Made by a program: the position numbers and the translations under genes. From Prochlorococcus sp. AG-402-N17 (GTDB taxonomy: Bacteria > Cyanobacteriota > Cyanobacteriia > PCC-6307 > Cyanobiaceae): 64,000 nucleotides of DNA. Positions 8,993 through 19,113 of the stretch are shown one piece after another; position 1 is the stretch's first letter, and each line of letters begins with the position of its first letter. The stretch covers positions 18,667 through 82,666 of the forward strand of contig QCIV01000003.1 in assembly GCA_003216455.1 (NCBI GenBank), read 5' to 3'. The notes under the pieces are model-generated. The model saw only the letters and a list, made by a program, of their open reading frames with translations, was not told the origin of the DNA and ran no database searches.

Positions 8993-9517
8993 TTACGCCA
9001 ATGAGGGGATTTCACCCTTAAGCTGAGAAGCCCATGTTTCAAGACGCGAATCGGTCAAATCTGATTCACTATCCTCATCAAGGGGTAATCCACAAAAGCT
9101 TTCTCCTATAACACTTTTAGACTCATCAAATGTATAAGAAGATTTATCTACGTAACCGACCATTTCGGCACCTGCTTTAGTGAAGTAGCTATGAAGTTCT
9201 TCCATTGCATCACAATAGTTTTCTGTATATGTAGAAGAATCTCCTAAACCAAAAATTGCAACTTTTTTTCCTGATAAACTTAGTTCACCAATATCCTCTA
9301 AGATTGAATCCCATGCGGTTCCAGATCTTTCTTCATCGGCACCAGTATTCCAAGTAGGTATCCCGCAGATAATTCCATCAAGACCTTCAAATTCTGAAAG
9401 ATCATCTACATCAGATACATCTTTAGGTGCTTCTGCTGAAGAGATAAAGTTGTGAAGACGATCAGCTACGTCTTCAGTTTTTCCAGTTGTAGTTGCGTAA
9501 TAAATTCCTACAGTCAT
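8993..9517 (-). CDS. isiB: Long-chain flavodoxin
   Basis: YATTTGKTE FMN loop, GIPTWNTG, AIFGLGDS, FCGLPLDED. Confidence 0.96.
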   Translation of the reverse strand: MTVGIYYATTTGKTEDVADRLHNFISSAEAPKDVSDVDDLSEFEGLDGIICGIPTWNTGADEERSGTAWDSILEDIGELSLSGKKVAIFGLGDSSTYTENYCDAMEELHSYFTKAGAEMVGYVDKSSYTFDESKSVIGESFCGLPLDEDSESDLTDSRLETWASQLKGEIPSLA

Positions 9518-9625
9518 AACTTCAAAATGTTTACATTAAAATAATAAAATCTAAAATCGTTAAATTAATTTCTTTAAAAACTTTTTCATGTAAAATTTTA
9601 TACTATTCAAGGTAAGAAAAAATTT

Positions 9626-9642
9626 TTGAGAATAATTTATAA
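9626..9642. promoter_or_regulatory. Possible Fur-box-like site upstream of isiB
   Basis: TTGAGAATAATTTATAA; one good half-site of the GAGAATnATTCTC type, in an AT-rich context. Confidence 0.3.
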
Positions 9643-9657
9643 AAAATCCAAATCATC

Positions 9658-10392
9658 GTGACTGACAAATTTCAAAATAATATAAAAAATCTTATTGAAG
9701 AATTTAACTTTAGTGGGAATAAAAAATTCAAATTAATTGTTTTATTTGGTTTATTAGGAGATTTTGATAGCTTTGAATATGCAATAAATTTGAAAAGTTT
9801 TATCGATAAAAATCAAGATAAAAATTTAGATATTTTTGCAATTGCTATTGGGAACCAAAATGGGAAAGAAAAATTCTGTAAATTTACTGGCTTTCACAAA
9901 GAAAATTTAATAGTTGTTTCTGATAATCAAATCCATAATAATCTAAAAGTCTCAAGAGGATTAGATATTGGTTTAGGAGGTTGGATCAATATGCTTTTGA
10001 TGTTATCAGGGATAAATTCTTTTAAAACAATTAAAGAAGTTATTAGAGGTTATACCGGCGACAGAAAAGCAAAGCAAATCTATTCAGAATTTGACAAAAT
10101 TGATGTTTTAAAATTTTTAAAATTTTCAGGTAATTCTTTTAAAAAAGTTTTCGGAGATGGTTATTTGAGACCATTTGAATTAGCAACATTTAGATTAAAT
10201 AATATGAATGAAATAATTCAAAATTGGAGTGATTATATTCTTAATGAAGAATACCTTCCTCAAAGAGGGGCTTCTTTTCTATTGAATAATAAAAATCAAA
10301 TTATTTATAAATTTTTTTCAAAAGATGTGCTTGGATATACATCAAACATGAGGGATCCCTTAGGATTTTTGACTGATTTAATTAAAGAATAG
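9658..10392 (+). CDS. AhpC/TSA-like (peroxiredoxin-like fold) protein
   Basis: LGDFDSFEYA, FCKFTGF, EVIRGYTGD, RPFELATFRL, QRGASF. Confidence 0.75.
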   Translation: MTDKFQNNIKNLIEEFNFSGNKKFKLIVLFGLLGDFDSFEYAINLKSFIDKNQDKNLDIFAIAIGNQNGKEKFCKFTGFHKENLIVVSDNQIHNNLKVSRGLDIGLGGWINMLLMLSGINSFKTIKEVIRGYTGDRKAKQIYSEFDKIDVLKFLKFSGNSFKKVFGDGYLRPFELATFRLNNMNEIIQNWSDYILNEEYLPQRGASFLLNNKNQIIYKFFSKDVLGYTSNMRDPLGFLTDLIKE

Positions 10393-10408
10393 TTTTTAAA
10401 ATATTTTT

Positions 10409-10666
10409 ATGAATGAAGATATATTTGGATATTTTGCAGCGATTTTAACAACAGCAGCATTTCTGCCTCAATTGATTAAAACTTTAAAGACAAAAAAGGC
10501 AGATGATGTTTCTTTGACAACATTAATAATGTTTATTATCGGTGTTTTGTCTTGGATTATTTACGGTTATAAAATTTCTTCTACACCAATATTGATAGCA
10601 AATTTAATTACCCTGGTCTTAAATTTATTGATATTAATCTCTAAAATATATTTTTCAAAAACCTAA
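10409..10666 (+). CDS. SemiSWEET / PQ-loop family transporter
   Basis: 85 aa, 3 TM; GYFAAILTTAAFLPQ, DVSL, WIIYG, P..IAN. Confidence 0.85.
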   Translation: MNEDIFGYFAAILTTAAFLPQLIKTLKTKKADDVSLTTLIMFIIGVLSWIIYGYKISSTPILIANLITLVLNLLILISKIYFSKT

Positions 10667-10751
10667 AATGAGTAAAAATTTTTTTTAAAAGTAATAAACT
10701 TTAGATTTATTACTTAAATCTTTATTAAAATAGAACAAAAATCTACTGATC

Positions 10752-10976
10752 TTGAAAACTTCAAAATGCTGGATTTGGTTCAAAGGAAGCCTTAACAATG
10801 GTGGATACTGGAAAGAAGGTTTTACATGTACTTTTGATGAGAAACCAGGAGTTTTAATAGAAAGTCCTGCTTACGTAACTTGTAGGGTTCCTACATGGAG
10901 AGTTTTGACTAAAGAACCAGAAAATTTATATAAATCTCCCCTAATTCCTGACAACGCAATCTGGAAAATAATTTAA
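10752..10976 (+). CDS. Conserved hypothetical protein (Trp-rich)
   Basis: 74 aa; CWIWFKG, CRVPTWRV; TTG start. Confidence 0.65.
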   Translation: MKTSKCWIWFKGSLNNGGYWKEGFTCTFDEKPGVLIESPAYVTCRVPTWRVLTKEPENLYKSPLIPDNAIWKII

Positions 10977-11055
10977 ATTCTCAATTAATAATAAAAAACT
11001 TATTGACTGCACTACGGCGAGTTAATATTGCTTTAATAAATATTTAATTAATACC

Positions 11056-11976
11056 ATCTACTCTCTTTTTATAAATATTATCCCTTTTTTAATCTTTGGT
11101 TTTTTTCTAGGGAACAGGAACCCAAAGATTTCAAAATACATAGCAAGACCTCTAATAAGATTTGGCATTCCATTAAGCGTAATGGGTCTCTTATTAAAGG
11201 AAGGTATAGATATAAACTTAATTAAAAGTGCATTTTTAGCATTCTCTTTAATTGGATTTTTAATAACTTTAATAAATATAATCCCAATATTTAAGAAGAG
11301 TCTCCCAAATTACACATTTCAGCTAGCAGGCCTAATAGGTAATACATCATTTCTTGGAATACCAATTGCGCTAGCTCTTCTACCTTCAACAACTATAAAT
11401 TTCACTATTGGATTTGATTTAGGAACAACACTTTTCGCATGGATATTTGGACCTTTTTTTCTTCAAGAAAAGTCCAACAACAATAACATTCCAAACTTCA
11501 AAGGACTATTAAATGCATTGATAAATAGCCCTGCATCAAGAGGGATTATTGGTGTACTTCTTGCATATATTTTTCAAATGGATGAAATTTTAGGCAATTA
11601 TCTTTGGATTCCCGCAAGAATAGTTATTGCTTTGGCAATAATAATTGTGGGAACAAGACTTGGAATAATCACAAATCAAAATGAGAGGATTTTGGATCTA
11701 AATGAAGAAATAAAATTTTCAATTTTATTAAAGTTATTAATTCTTCCCTTTATTGTTTTTTTAGTATGCAAATTCCTAAATTTTAACTTCTATCAATCAT
11801 CTGCAGTTATTCTTCAGGCAGCAACCCCAACGGCAATATCCACAATATTAATGGCAGAGGCTTATGGTGTGAAACAAAAAATAGCTTCAAAAATTCTTTT
11901 TACTACAACCTTAATTTCAATAATTACAATTCCTTTATTAAAAATGTTTATGAATTTATTTATTCGAACAACTTGA
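11056..11976 (+). CDS. AEC (auxin efflux carrier)/malate permease family transporter; 5' end uncertain
   Basis: GNTSFLGIPIALALLP, LKLLILP, LQAATPTAIS; the frame is open upstream of ATG 11182 back to 11026 and encodes TM1 (IIPFLIFGFFLG). Confidence 0.8.
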   Translation: MYSLFINIIPFLIFGFFLGNRNPKISKYIARPLIRFGIPLSVMGLLLKEGIDINLIKSAFLAFSLIGFLITLINIIPIFKKSLPNYTFQLAGLIGNTSFLGIPIALALLPSTTINFTIGFDLGTTLFAWIFGPFFLQEKSNNNNIPNFKGLLNALINSPASRGIIGVLLAYIFQMDEILGNYLWIPARIVIALAIIIVGTRLGIITNQNERILDLNEEIKFSILLKLLILPFIVFLVCKFLNFNFYQSSAVILQAATPTAISTILMAEAYGVKQKIASKILFTTTLISIITIPLLKMFMNLFIRTT

Positions 11977-12055
11977 ATGAAGTTTTTGTTGCATGAGTAA
12001 AGAAAATTGTAAAGATTATATCCTGATAACTAAATAATGTCTTAAGATTTAGTTT

Positions 12056-12307
12056 ATGAAGTCAGCAAACCCTGAAAATGAATATATCCCCTTAGATCTA
12101 AGGATTTCTGTGAGAAGGGATACTCTAAGGCTTATCTCAGAGATGGCTCAAGATATGGGAGTAAGCATTAATGAAGTTTTTAGTTTTTTAGCCGAAGATT
12201 CTGTCATCGATCTCGAATTAATGGAAGATTTAAATAAAATTGATATTCCAAACAAATGCAGCATTGATGATTTAAAAAATGCTCTCCTTAAAAAAAGACT
12301 TTGTTAA
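12056..12307 (+). CDS. Hypothetical protein, possible ribbon-helix-helix fold
   Basis: LRISVRRDTLRLISEMAQDMGVSINEVFSFL pattern. Confidence 0.6.
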   Translation: MKSANPENEYIPLDLRISVRRDTLRLISEMAQDMGVSINEVFSFLAEDSVIDLELMEDLNKIDIPNKCSIDDLKNALLKKRLC

Positions 12308-14109
12308 AATTTTTCAACTTTTCTATTTTTCCAGTCAGATTTATAACCACTTTTAACTAAAAAACTCGAATAATTATTTAAATCACTTTTTTGAATTCGC
12401 CATAAATTATAAATCCCAAATTTACCCAATTTTTGATGATTAATTTTTGACCATTGCTGTCTGCGGGTAGAGTATTCATCTATCACGACCAATAGAGATT
12501 TGTATTCATAATCAGGTTGGTCCTCATAATTCTCTCTCCTATCAATATTTAGCCTTTCTGAAAGATTAATTAAACCCTCTTTAGTGTTTGGTTCATAAAA
12601 AACTATTTGTCTCGAATAATAATGTAATGAAGGTTTTCTTATCCCGATCATTGCTAAAGTTTCCCTTCCTTCGCGAATATCTAAAATTAATTTTGAGATA
12701 TTCCTTAAAGGTAATTGCCTTGAAGTATCTGCTAATTTTCTAATTGGCGACATCAAATAAGATTGTCCAATTAAAAGTAAAATTTGAAGATAAAGAATGA
12801 TATTTCTAGATTTTAAAGAAAATAAGATTATTGCAAGTAGGGTAAATGAAGAGAAGAACAATTTAGCCTTGAAAATAATTCCAGAGCTTATAAGTTCGGA
12901 TGCAAGATTAGGCATTTCGGGATCATTAATTGAACTTAACCAACTATTTGAGAAAAAGAATGCTAAGGAGAAGCCAAACAAAATTAAAATATTAAAGATC
13001 CATAAATATAAATAACTTTTATTTATATTTTTTAAGCTTATAAAGCTATTACTTATTAATAATGCCGCCGCTGGAATTGCTGGTAACCAATAGCTAGGTA
13101 GTTTCGTTGCAGAAAGGCTAAAGAAGATTAAAACTGACGTTAACCAACATAGAGAATATGTATAAAGGGTTTCAGTGACTTTGCAACTTTCTTTTTTATT
13201 TTCAAGAAAATCCTTAAAGGTTTTAAATATCCCATGAAACAAAAAAGGAGTGAATGGTAATGAAGCCAATATCATTATGTAAAAGAAAAACCAGAATGGT
13301 TCAGCATGATTATTTACAACTGAGGTATATCTTTGAAAATTATGGTAACCAAAAAAATTATCCCAAAAAGGCTTTCCCTCTTTTAGAAGTTCTAATATGT
13401 ACCACGGAACACTTATTAGTGTTGTTATTAAAAACCCTTTCTTAGGGTTTATCTTAAGGAGCAATGTTTTCCAATTCTTCTGACAAAACAAGAAAGACGT
13501 AATAGTCAATAATGCCAAAGCAAATGCAACAGGTCCTTTAACTAAAATTGCAAAACCTAAAAATACCCAAGCTGCAATGCATTGAACATTATTTTCACTT
13601 GCCATTCTTCTCCAAAACAAAAGCAGGCTTATCCCTAAGGTTCCAGTTAAAAGTGCATCACTCACGGCAGTTCTACTCCAAATAATTATTAATGGAGAAA
13701 GAGCAAAGCCTAATGATGCAACTATTGGAGTGAGCAATTGCCTATCACTCTTCTGTGGCCAACAAAACAACGTATCACCAATCATCAACATTAAAAATAA
13801 TGATGCCAAAGCTGAAGGGAGTCTTGCTGAGAGAGTCCCAAAACTATCCCAAATCTCGTTTTTCGGTAATGAGTAAAAAAAACCCATTAGCCAATATATC
13901 AGCGGAGGCTTATCAAAACGGAATATTCCATTGACTTTTGGTGTTAACCAATCACCAGATTCACTCATTGCCCGTGCTGCAGCGGCAAATAAAGGAGGAG
14001 TTTCATCCACCAATCCTGTAGTGCCTAAACCTAAGATAAATATAATGATCCCACAAACTAAAACTATCAATAAGGTTATAAGCCTTTTTTTTGAGTTAAG
14101 AAGAATCAT
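12304..14109 (-). CDS. GT39/ArnT-PMT family membrane glycosyltransferase
   Basis: LVDETPPLF, GDWLTP, RFDKPPLIYW, ARLPSA, LVKGPVA, TKLPSYWLP. Confidence 0.9.
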   Translation of the reverse strand: MILLNSKKRLITLLIVLVCGIIIFILGLGTTGLVDETPPLFAAAARAMSESGDWLTPKVNGIFRFDKPPLIYWLMGFFYSLPKNEIWDSFGTLSARLPSALASLFLMLMIGDTLFCWPQKSDRQLLTPIVASLGFALSPLIIIWSRTAVSDALLTGTLGISLLLFWRRMASENNVQCIAAWVFLGFAILVKGPVAFALALLTITSFLFCQKNWKTLLLKINPKKGFLITTLISVPWYILELLKEGKPFWDNFFGYHNFQRYTSVVNNHAEPFWFFFYIMILASLPFTPFLFHGIFKTFKDFLENKKESCKVTETLYTYSLCWLTSVLIFFSLSATKLPSYWLPAIPAAALLISNSFISLKNINKSYLYLWIFNILILFGFSLAFFFSNSWLSSINDPEMPNLASELISSGIIFKAKLFFSSFTLLAIILFSLKSRNIILYLQILLLIGQSYLMSPIRKLADTSRQLPLRNISKLILDIREGRETLAMIGIRKPSLHYYSRQIVFYEPNTKEGLINLSERLNIDRRENYEDQPDYEYKSLLVVIDEYSTRRQQWSKINHQKLGKFGIYNLWRIQKSDLNNYSSFLVKSGYKSDWKNRKVEKF

Positions 14110-14115
14110 TTAATA

Positions 14116-15192
14116 TTATTTATATTCATGGATCACCTTATTAAGCCAGTTCACAACCTTGTTAGCAAATATATCTGCGGAGGCATTTTTTTCTACCCAT
14201 TCTCTACAATTCTGACGCTTTATTTTTTCAATAATCTCTACATAAAAAAGCATATTTTTTTTATCATCAGGATCAGCAAGATAACCAGTTTGGCCATGCT
14301 GAATAATTTCACTAGGTCCTCCCCTTTTATAAGCTACAACAGGCACCCCACATGCTAAAGCTTCAACAATAACGTTCCCGTATGCCTCATTCCATTTCGG
14401 AGTATTTAGTAACCCTCTGCATTTACCAAGTTCTTTTTGTAATTCATCGTTTGATAAAAACCCCATCCAATCTATAGCTCCATGAGGGAATGATTTTTCT
14501 ATCTTTGACGCATACATCTCATCTTCTATAAATCCCCATACTTTTAATTTTTCGCCAAGTTGATTTGCCACATAAACTGCATCCTCCAAACCTTTCTCAG
14601 GAGCAACTCTTCCAACCCATGCCAAGGGTCCCTTAACTGAATCTTGAAAAGTATAATTATCTAAATTAAACCCATTCCCAATAATTATTGGTTTTTTTAT
14701 GAATGGATAATCATTAGCTTGCATTTTCGAATGAAAAGCAAAATTATTTGGATATTTAGCATATACCTTAGAGATTAAATTACTAATTACTGAACTTTCA
14801 GAACCCATACTGATAATATGGGCAATGGGTATCTCTAAATTTAGAGTCATCCAGATAGGCAACCAATCATAGGACATGTTCAACAATACATCTGCATGTT
14901 TAGCGATATCTAATCCCTTTTCAAGCATTCCTGCTAAAAGAGAATTGTCTGGGATACTCACCGGAGAATTATAATTTTGATGCTGCCAACTAATTTGATC
15001 TTCACCTTCCACAAAATGTAATTTTGCTTTTACATTACCTTCATGTAACTTAGAATTTTTTGGAGCTACAACCTCAACAGAATGACCTAAAGAATTTAAA
15101 CCTGAAACTAAAGAATTTAAAGTTAATTCAACTCCACCACCTTTACCACTCCCTAAGAACCCTATTGGAGTACTAATCAAAACTATTCGCAT
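14116..15192 (-). CDS. GT4 glycosyltransferase
   Basis: GGGVE, VGRVAPEKG, WNEAYGNVIVEALACGVPVV. Confidence 0.9.
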   Translation of the reverse strand: MRIVLISTPIGFLGSGKGGGVELTLNSLVSGLNSLGHSVEVVAPKNSKLHEGNVKAKLHFVEGEDQISWQHQNYNSPVSIPDNSLLAGMLEKGLDIAKHADVLLNMSYDWLPIWMTLNLEIPIAHIISMGSESSVISNLISKVYAKYPNNFAFHSKMQANDYPFIKKPIIIGNGFNLDNYTFQDSVKGPLAWVGRVAPEKGLEDAVYVANQLGEKLKVWGFIEDEMYASKIEKSFPHGAIDWMGFLSNDELQKELGKCRGLLNTPKWNEAYGNVIVEALACGVPVVAYKRGGPSEIIQHGQTGYLADPDDKKNMLFYVEIIEKIKRQNCREWVEKNASADIFANKVVNWLNKVIHEYK

Positions 15193-15220
15193 TATTAGAC
15201 TTTTTACAAAAAGAAACTAA

Positions 15221-16162
15221 TTAAATAGTAGTATCAGAAAATTTATTTTCCCATAAACTCTTTCTCTGGCTAACAAAAAATACTGAGATAAGAACAAACA
15301 CAACTCCTATCCACTGCACAAAAGTGAGTCTTTCATCTAACCAAACACCTCCACTGAGAAGAGCAAATACAGGTGTTAAAAATGCAAGAGTGCTAAATCC
15401 AGTTATTTCTTTATTATTAGCAAAGTAGAAAAACAATCCATAAGCTATTGCCCCTCCAAAAATACTTGCAAAAGACATAAGTCCCCAATCAAATATTGAC
15501 CAATCTGGAATTATTTTGAAATTTGATTGTAAGCAGTGCTTAACAATTAAGGGCAAACTCCCTAAAACCATATGCCAACCTGTAACTGCCACTGGATCAC
15601 TTTTAGTACAAGTAAATCTAATTAAAATTGTTCCTAATGCCATAGCGAGAGAAGCTGCAAGCATCCAAAGTTCTCCAAAATTAAAAGCAACCTCATTTAT
15701 AGACTCATCAGACATCAACCACCAATTACCTAAAAATTCTTCTGGAACCCCTAAAAATACTATACCTCCCAAGCCAAAAAGTAGTCCTAACCATCCTATT
15801 GGATTAATTAAATTCCCAAAAATTGCCCTCGCTAAAATAGCTACCAAAAGCGGTTGAGAATCAATTAAGACTGAACCTAAACCTGCTCCAGTTTTTTCAA
15901 TACCATAAGTTAAAAACAACTGAAAAAAAGTGGCATCAATAATAGTAAAAACAAAAAACCACTTCAAATCGCATCTATAAATTTTTAAATCTTTTTTAAA
16001 TAAATATGTTGTTATTAGAACAAGAATCCCTGCAGGAAGTAATCTTAAAGAAGCCACAAACTCTGGCCCAGCACTAGATACTAAAGGAGTCATTGCCGCC
16101 ATTGAAGTACCCCAAAGTGCAAAAGGGAGTATCATTAAAAACCAATTTAGGATTGAATTCAT
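15221..16162 (-). CDS. DMT/EamA family transporter
   Basis: LWGTSM, GAGLGSVLIDSQPL, AFLTPVFA; about 10 TM. Confidence 0.88.
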   Translation of the reverse strand: MNSILNWFLMILPFALWGTSMAAMTPLVSSAGPEFVASLRLLPAGILVLITTYLFKKDLKIYRCDLKWFFVFTIIDATFFQLFLTYGIEKTGAGLGSVLIDSQPLLVAILARAIFGNLINPIGWLGLLFGLGGIVFLGVPEEFLGNWWLMSDESINEVAFNFGELWMLAASLAMALGTILIRFTCTKSDPVAVTGWHMVLGSLPLIVKHCLQSNFKIIPDWSIFDWGLMSFASIFGGAIAYGLFFYFANNKEITGFSTLAFLTPVFALLSGGVWLDERLTFVQWIGVVFVLISVFFVSQRKSLWENKFSDTTI

Positions 16163-16215
16163 TAGGTCTGCTGATAGTCTTTTTAAAGTAGTTTTATGAA
16201 TTTACCTTAAAAAAA

Positions 16216-17025
16216 ATGATTTGGCCTTTTAGACGAAAGTCAAAAAAAAGAATAGCTCGTATAGTAATTGATGAGCCTATTACAAGTTCAACAAGAGTTT
16301 CAGTCCTTAAAGCTCTTAAACAAATTGAGGATAGAGAATTTCCTGCTTTAATCGTGAGAATTGATTCTCCAGGGGGTACTGTTGGGGATAGCCAAGAAAT
16401 ATACTCTGCTATTAAAAGACTAAAAGATAAAGGATGTAAAGTCATTGCTAGTTTTGGGAACATCTCTGCATCGGGAGGCGTTTACATTGGTGTTGCATCT
16501 GACAAAATAGTTGCTAATCCAGGCACAATTACAGGATCTATTGGTGTGATTATAAGAGGAAATAATTTATCTGAATTATTAGATAAAATCGGCATTAAAT
16601 TTGAGACTGTTAAAAGCGGTGTATTTAAAGACATACTTTCTCCAGATAAACCTCTAAGTGAGGAAGGCAGAGGTCTACTCCAAGGGCTTATAGATGAAAG
16701 TTACAAACAATTTACTGAAGCTGTTGCTGAAGGAAGGAATTTACCTGTTGAAGAAGTAAGAAAATTTGCTGATGGAAGAATTTTCACTGGAACACAAGCA
16801 CTCGAACTTGGTCTTGTTGATAAGATTGGAGATGAATTTGTTGCAAGGGAGCTAGCCGCAGAAATGGTTAATATTGATCCTAAAATTCAGCCCTTAACAT
16901 TTGGGAAGAAGAAGAAAAAAATACTAGGACTAATTCCTGGAAGTAGAATGATTGAGAAAATTTTCAAAAATATTTTCTTTGAGTTTAACTCATCCAACAA
17001 AGTACTTTGGTTATACAAGCCATAA
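16216..17025 (+). CDS. sppA: Signal peptide peptidase SppA (36K type)
   Basis: RIDSPGG, SASGGVY, TITGSIGV, KSG.FKD, ADGRIFTG. Confidence 0.95.
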   Translation: MIWPFRRKSKKRIARIVIDEPITSSTRVSVLKALKQIEDREFPALIVRIDSPGGTVGDSQEIYSAIKRLKDKGCKVIASFGNISASGGVYIGVASDKIVANPGTITGSIGVIIRGNNLSELLDKIGIKFETVKSGVFKDILSPDKPLSEEGRGLLQGLIDESYKQFTEAVAEGRNLPVEEVRKFADGRIFTGTQALELGLVDKIGDEFVARELAAEMVNIDPKIQPLTFGKKKKKILGLIPGSRMIEKIFKNIFFEFNSSNKVLWLYKP

Positions 17026-17043
17026 ATCAATGTGTATGAAAAA

Positions 17044-17415
17044 ATGAAAGATGATTATAAAATTACATTTATTCGTGGTGCTACAACAGCATCTGGGAAT
17101 TCTGTTAGGGAAATAGAAGTTGCCGTAGTGGAATTAATTGATGAATTAATTTCACGAAACAATCTAATTAAGACGAACATACTATCCATTACATTCACAG
17201 CGACAAAAGATTTGAATGCATGTTTCCCAGCTTCAATTGCAAGGAAATTTAATGGACTTGATTCAGTTGCCTTTTTAGACTGCCAACAAATGCACGTATT
17301 CAATGATGTTGATTTTTGTATAAGAATAATGGCTCAAGTTTTATTGCCACCAAATCATGCAATAAAGCATCCTTATTTAAAAGGTGCTGCAAAATTAAGG
17401 GCAGATAGATGTTAA
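17044..17415 (+). CDS. aroH: Chorismate mutase, AroH class
   Basis: IRGATT, FTATKDL.ACFPA, CIRIM, HPYLKGAAKLRAD; ATG 17044 preferred over GTG 17032. Confidence 0.93.
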   Translation: MKDDYKITFIRGATTASGNSVREIEVAVVELIDELISRNNLIKTNILSITFTATKDLNACFPASIARKFNGLDSVAFLDCQQMHVFNDVDFCIRIMAQVLLPPNHAIKHPYLKGAAKLRADRC

Positions 17416-17485
17416 CCTTAGTGAAATTATTTTTCTGCTTTAAATTTGAATAGCACCAACTCAACCTTTAAATTCCATTCCCTTA

Positions 17486-18064
17486 ATGCTAAACATCACA
17501 AAGAAACATACATTAAATCTTAAAATTTTTAGATTTTTTATTATCCCTACAATTTTAGTTTTAACTCCTTTTTTTAATAACAGCCAAGATGCTAAAGCGG
17601 GGTTAGAATTCCAGTGGAATCAAGACGATAGTTATAGAAGATTAAAGTGGTTTCAAAAAGAAAATAACAGGAAATTTAGAAATACAATTTATTTTTTCTT
17701 GAGGCCATCTGATAGAAGAACTGATCTCTTAAAAATTAATCTAGCAATTCCTAAGACCTTTAAATCCACCTTAAAAGATGAAAAAATTAGTTTTTGCAAA
17801 GTAAAAATAGGTGGTTTTGAGGGTAGAACAAAATGTTTAGAAGACATTCCAGCTGATTTCGAAATCAAGACTGATGAATCAGGCTTACGGTCCCTAGATA
17901 TTTACCCTTATAGCCCAATCCCCTCTAGTAAAGAAAGTTATGCAATTGTCTTAAAAGTCTTTAATCCAAAAAAATCAGGTTTATATCAATTCCATTCATA
18001 TGGGCAACCTAAAGGGAAATCATTTTCAAGTTATTTAGGAAGCTGGACTATAGTGATCGATTAA
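17486..18064 (+). CDS. DUF2808 domain protein
   Basis: Signal-like N-terminus, LEFQW, VFNP..SGLYQF, YLGSW; typical position upstream of rpmH. Confidence 0.75.
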   Translation: MLNITKKHTLNLKIFRFFIIPTILVLTPFFNNSQDAKAGLEFQWNQDDSYRRLKWFQKENNRKFRNTIYFFLRPSDRRTDLLKINLAIPKTFKSTLKDEKISFCKVKIGGFEGRTKCLEDIPADFEIKTDESGLRSLDIYPYSPIPSSKESYAIVLKVFNPKKSGLYQFHSYGQPKGKSFSSYLGSWTIVID

Positions 18065-18094
18065 ATGATAAATTAAATAAGGATAATTAAACAA

Positions 18095-18232
18095 ATGACT
18101 AAAAGAACTTTTGGCGGAACTTCAAGAAAAAGAAAACGTGTATCTGGTTTTAGAGTAAGAATGCGTTCTCATACAGGTAGAAGAGTTGTTAAAAGCAGAA
18201 GGCAAAAAGGTAGAGAAAGAATAGCTGTATAA
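18095..18232 (+). CDS. rpmH: 50S ribosomal protein L34 (not in ORF track)
   Basis: Manual translation [45 protein letters not shown]. Confidence 0.97.
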   Translation: MTKRTFGGTSRKRKRVSGFRVRMRSHTGRRVVKSRRQKGRERIAV

Positions 18233-18244
18233 ATTCTAATTTAA

Positions 18245-18631
18245 ATGGCCTTACCCAAGGATATGCGTTTAAAAGGTCATAGGACTTTTAATTATATTCA
18301 CAAAAATTCCATAATATATCATGGGAAATTAATGACATTTAAAGTTGCAAGATCAAATCCAGCAATACTCTTAACCCATAAATTCACAAATACCTCAAAC
18401 AATTTAAGGGTTGCAATTACTATCAGTAAAAAAGTTTCAAAAAAAGCTGTAGAAAGAAATAAATTAAGAAGAATTCTGCAAGAGTGGTTATTAACAAATA
18501 TTCAAAAAATTAATAACCACAAACCTTATTGGTTACTTGTTAACCTTAAATTTGGGGATTTCTGCAATGATAAAGGTAGACTTTTGGAGGAATTTCAAAA
18601 CTTAATGTTCAAATCTCGTCTAATCAAATGA
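18245..18631 (+). CDS. rnpA: Ribonuclease P protein component
   Basis: MRLK..RTF, ISKKVSKKAVERNKLRR RNR motif; follows rpmH. Confidence 0.95.
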   Translation: MALPKDMRLKGHRTFNYIHKNSIIYHGKLMTFKVARSNPAILLTHKFTNTSNNLRVAITISKKVSKKAVERNKLRRILQEWLLTNIQKINNHKPYWLLVNLKFGDFCNDKGRLLEEFQNLMFKSRLIK

Positions 18632-19041
18632 TTAACATGAATGAAGAAACCTTTTATGAAGGTGGTCCTGCTAAAAGTGATTTAATAATAAATCTACTAG
18701 CAGGAATTACTATACTTGGTTTGCCATTTACCTTTGCTGCAATAGTTAGAGCTTTGTGGTTGAGATATAAAATTACAAACAAAAGAATTACAATTGATGG
18801 TGGCTGGTTTGGCAAAAACAAAACACAAGTATCATTAAGTAACATTGAAGAAATCAGATCTATCCCAAGAGGATTTGGTTCATATGGTGACATGGTTCTT
18901 ATCCTTAACGATGGATCAAAGGTTGAAATGAAATCATTACCTTTATTCAGAGAAAAGCAAAAATTCATTGAAGAAAATATAAATAAAAGATCACAAATAC
19001 CTAATCTCAACGAGGTAGAAGGATTTGCTACTAAATCCTAA
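18628..19041 (+). CDS. Bacterial PH-domain membrane protein
   Basis: YEGGPAKSDL, RYKITNKRI, YGDMV; cyanobacterial rnpA-PH-yidC synteny. Confidence 0.82.
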   Translation: MINMNEETFYEGGPAKSDLIINLLAGITILGLPFTFAAIVRALWLRYKITNKRITIDGGWFGKNKTQVSLSNIEEIRSIPRGFGSYGDMVLILNDGSKVEMKSLPLFREKQKFIEENINKRSQIPNLNEVEGFATKS

Positions 19042-19113
19042 ATAAATTAATTACAAAAATCTTTTTTTCCTGTAAGATAGAATGTCTACTAAAATTTCAC
19101 TCTCTTTAATATC

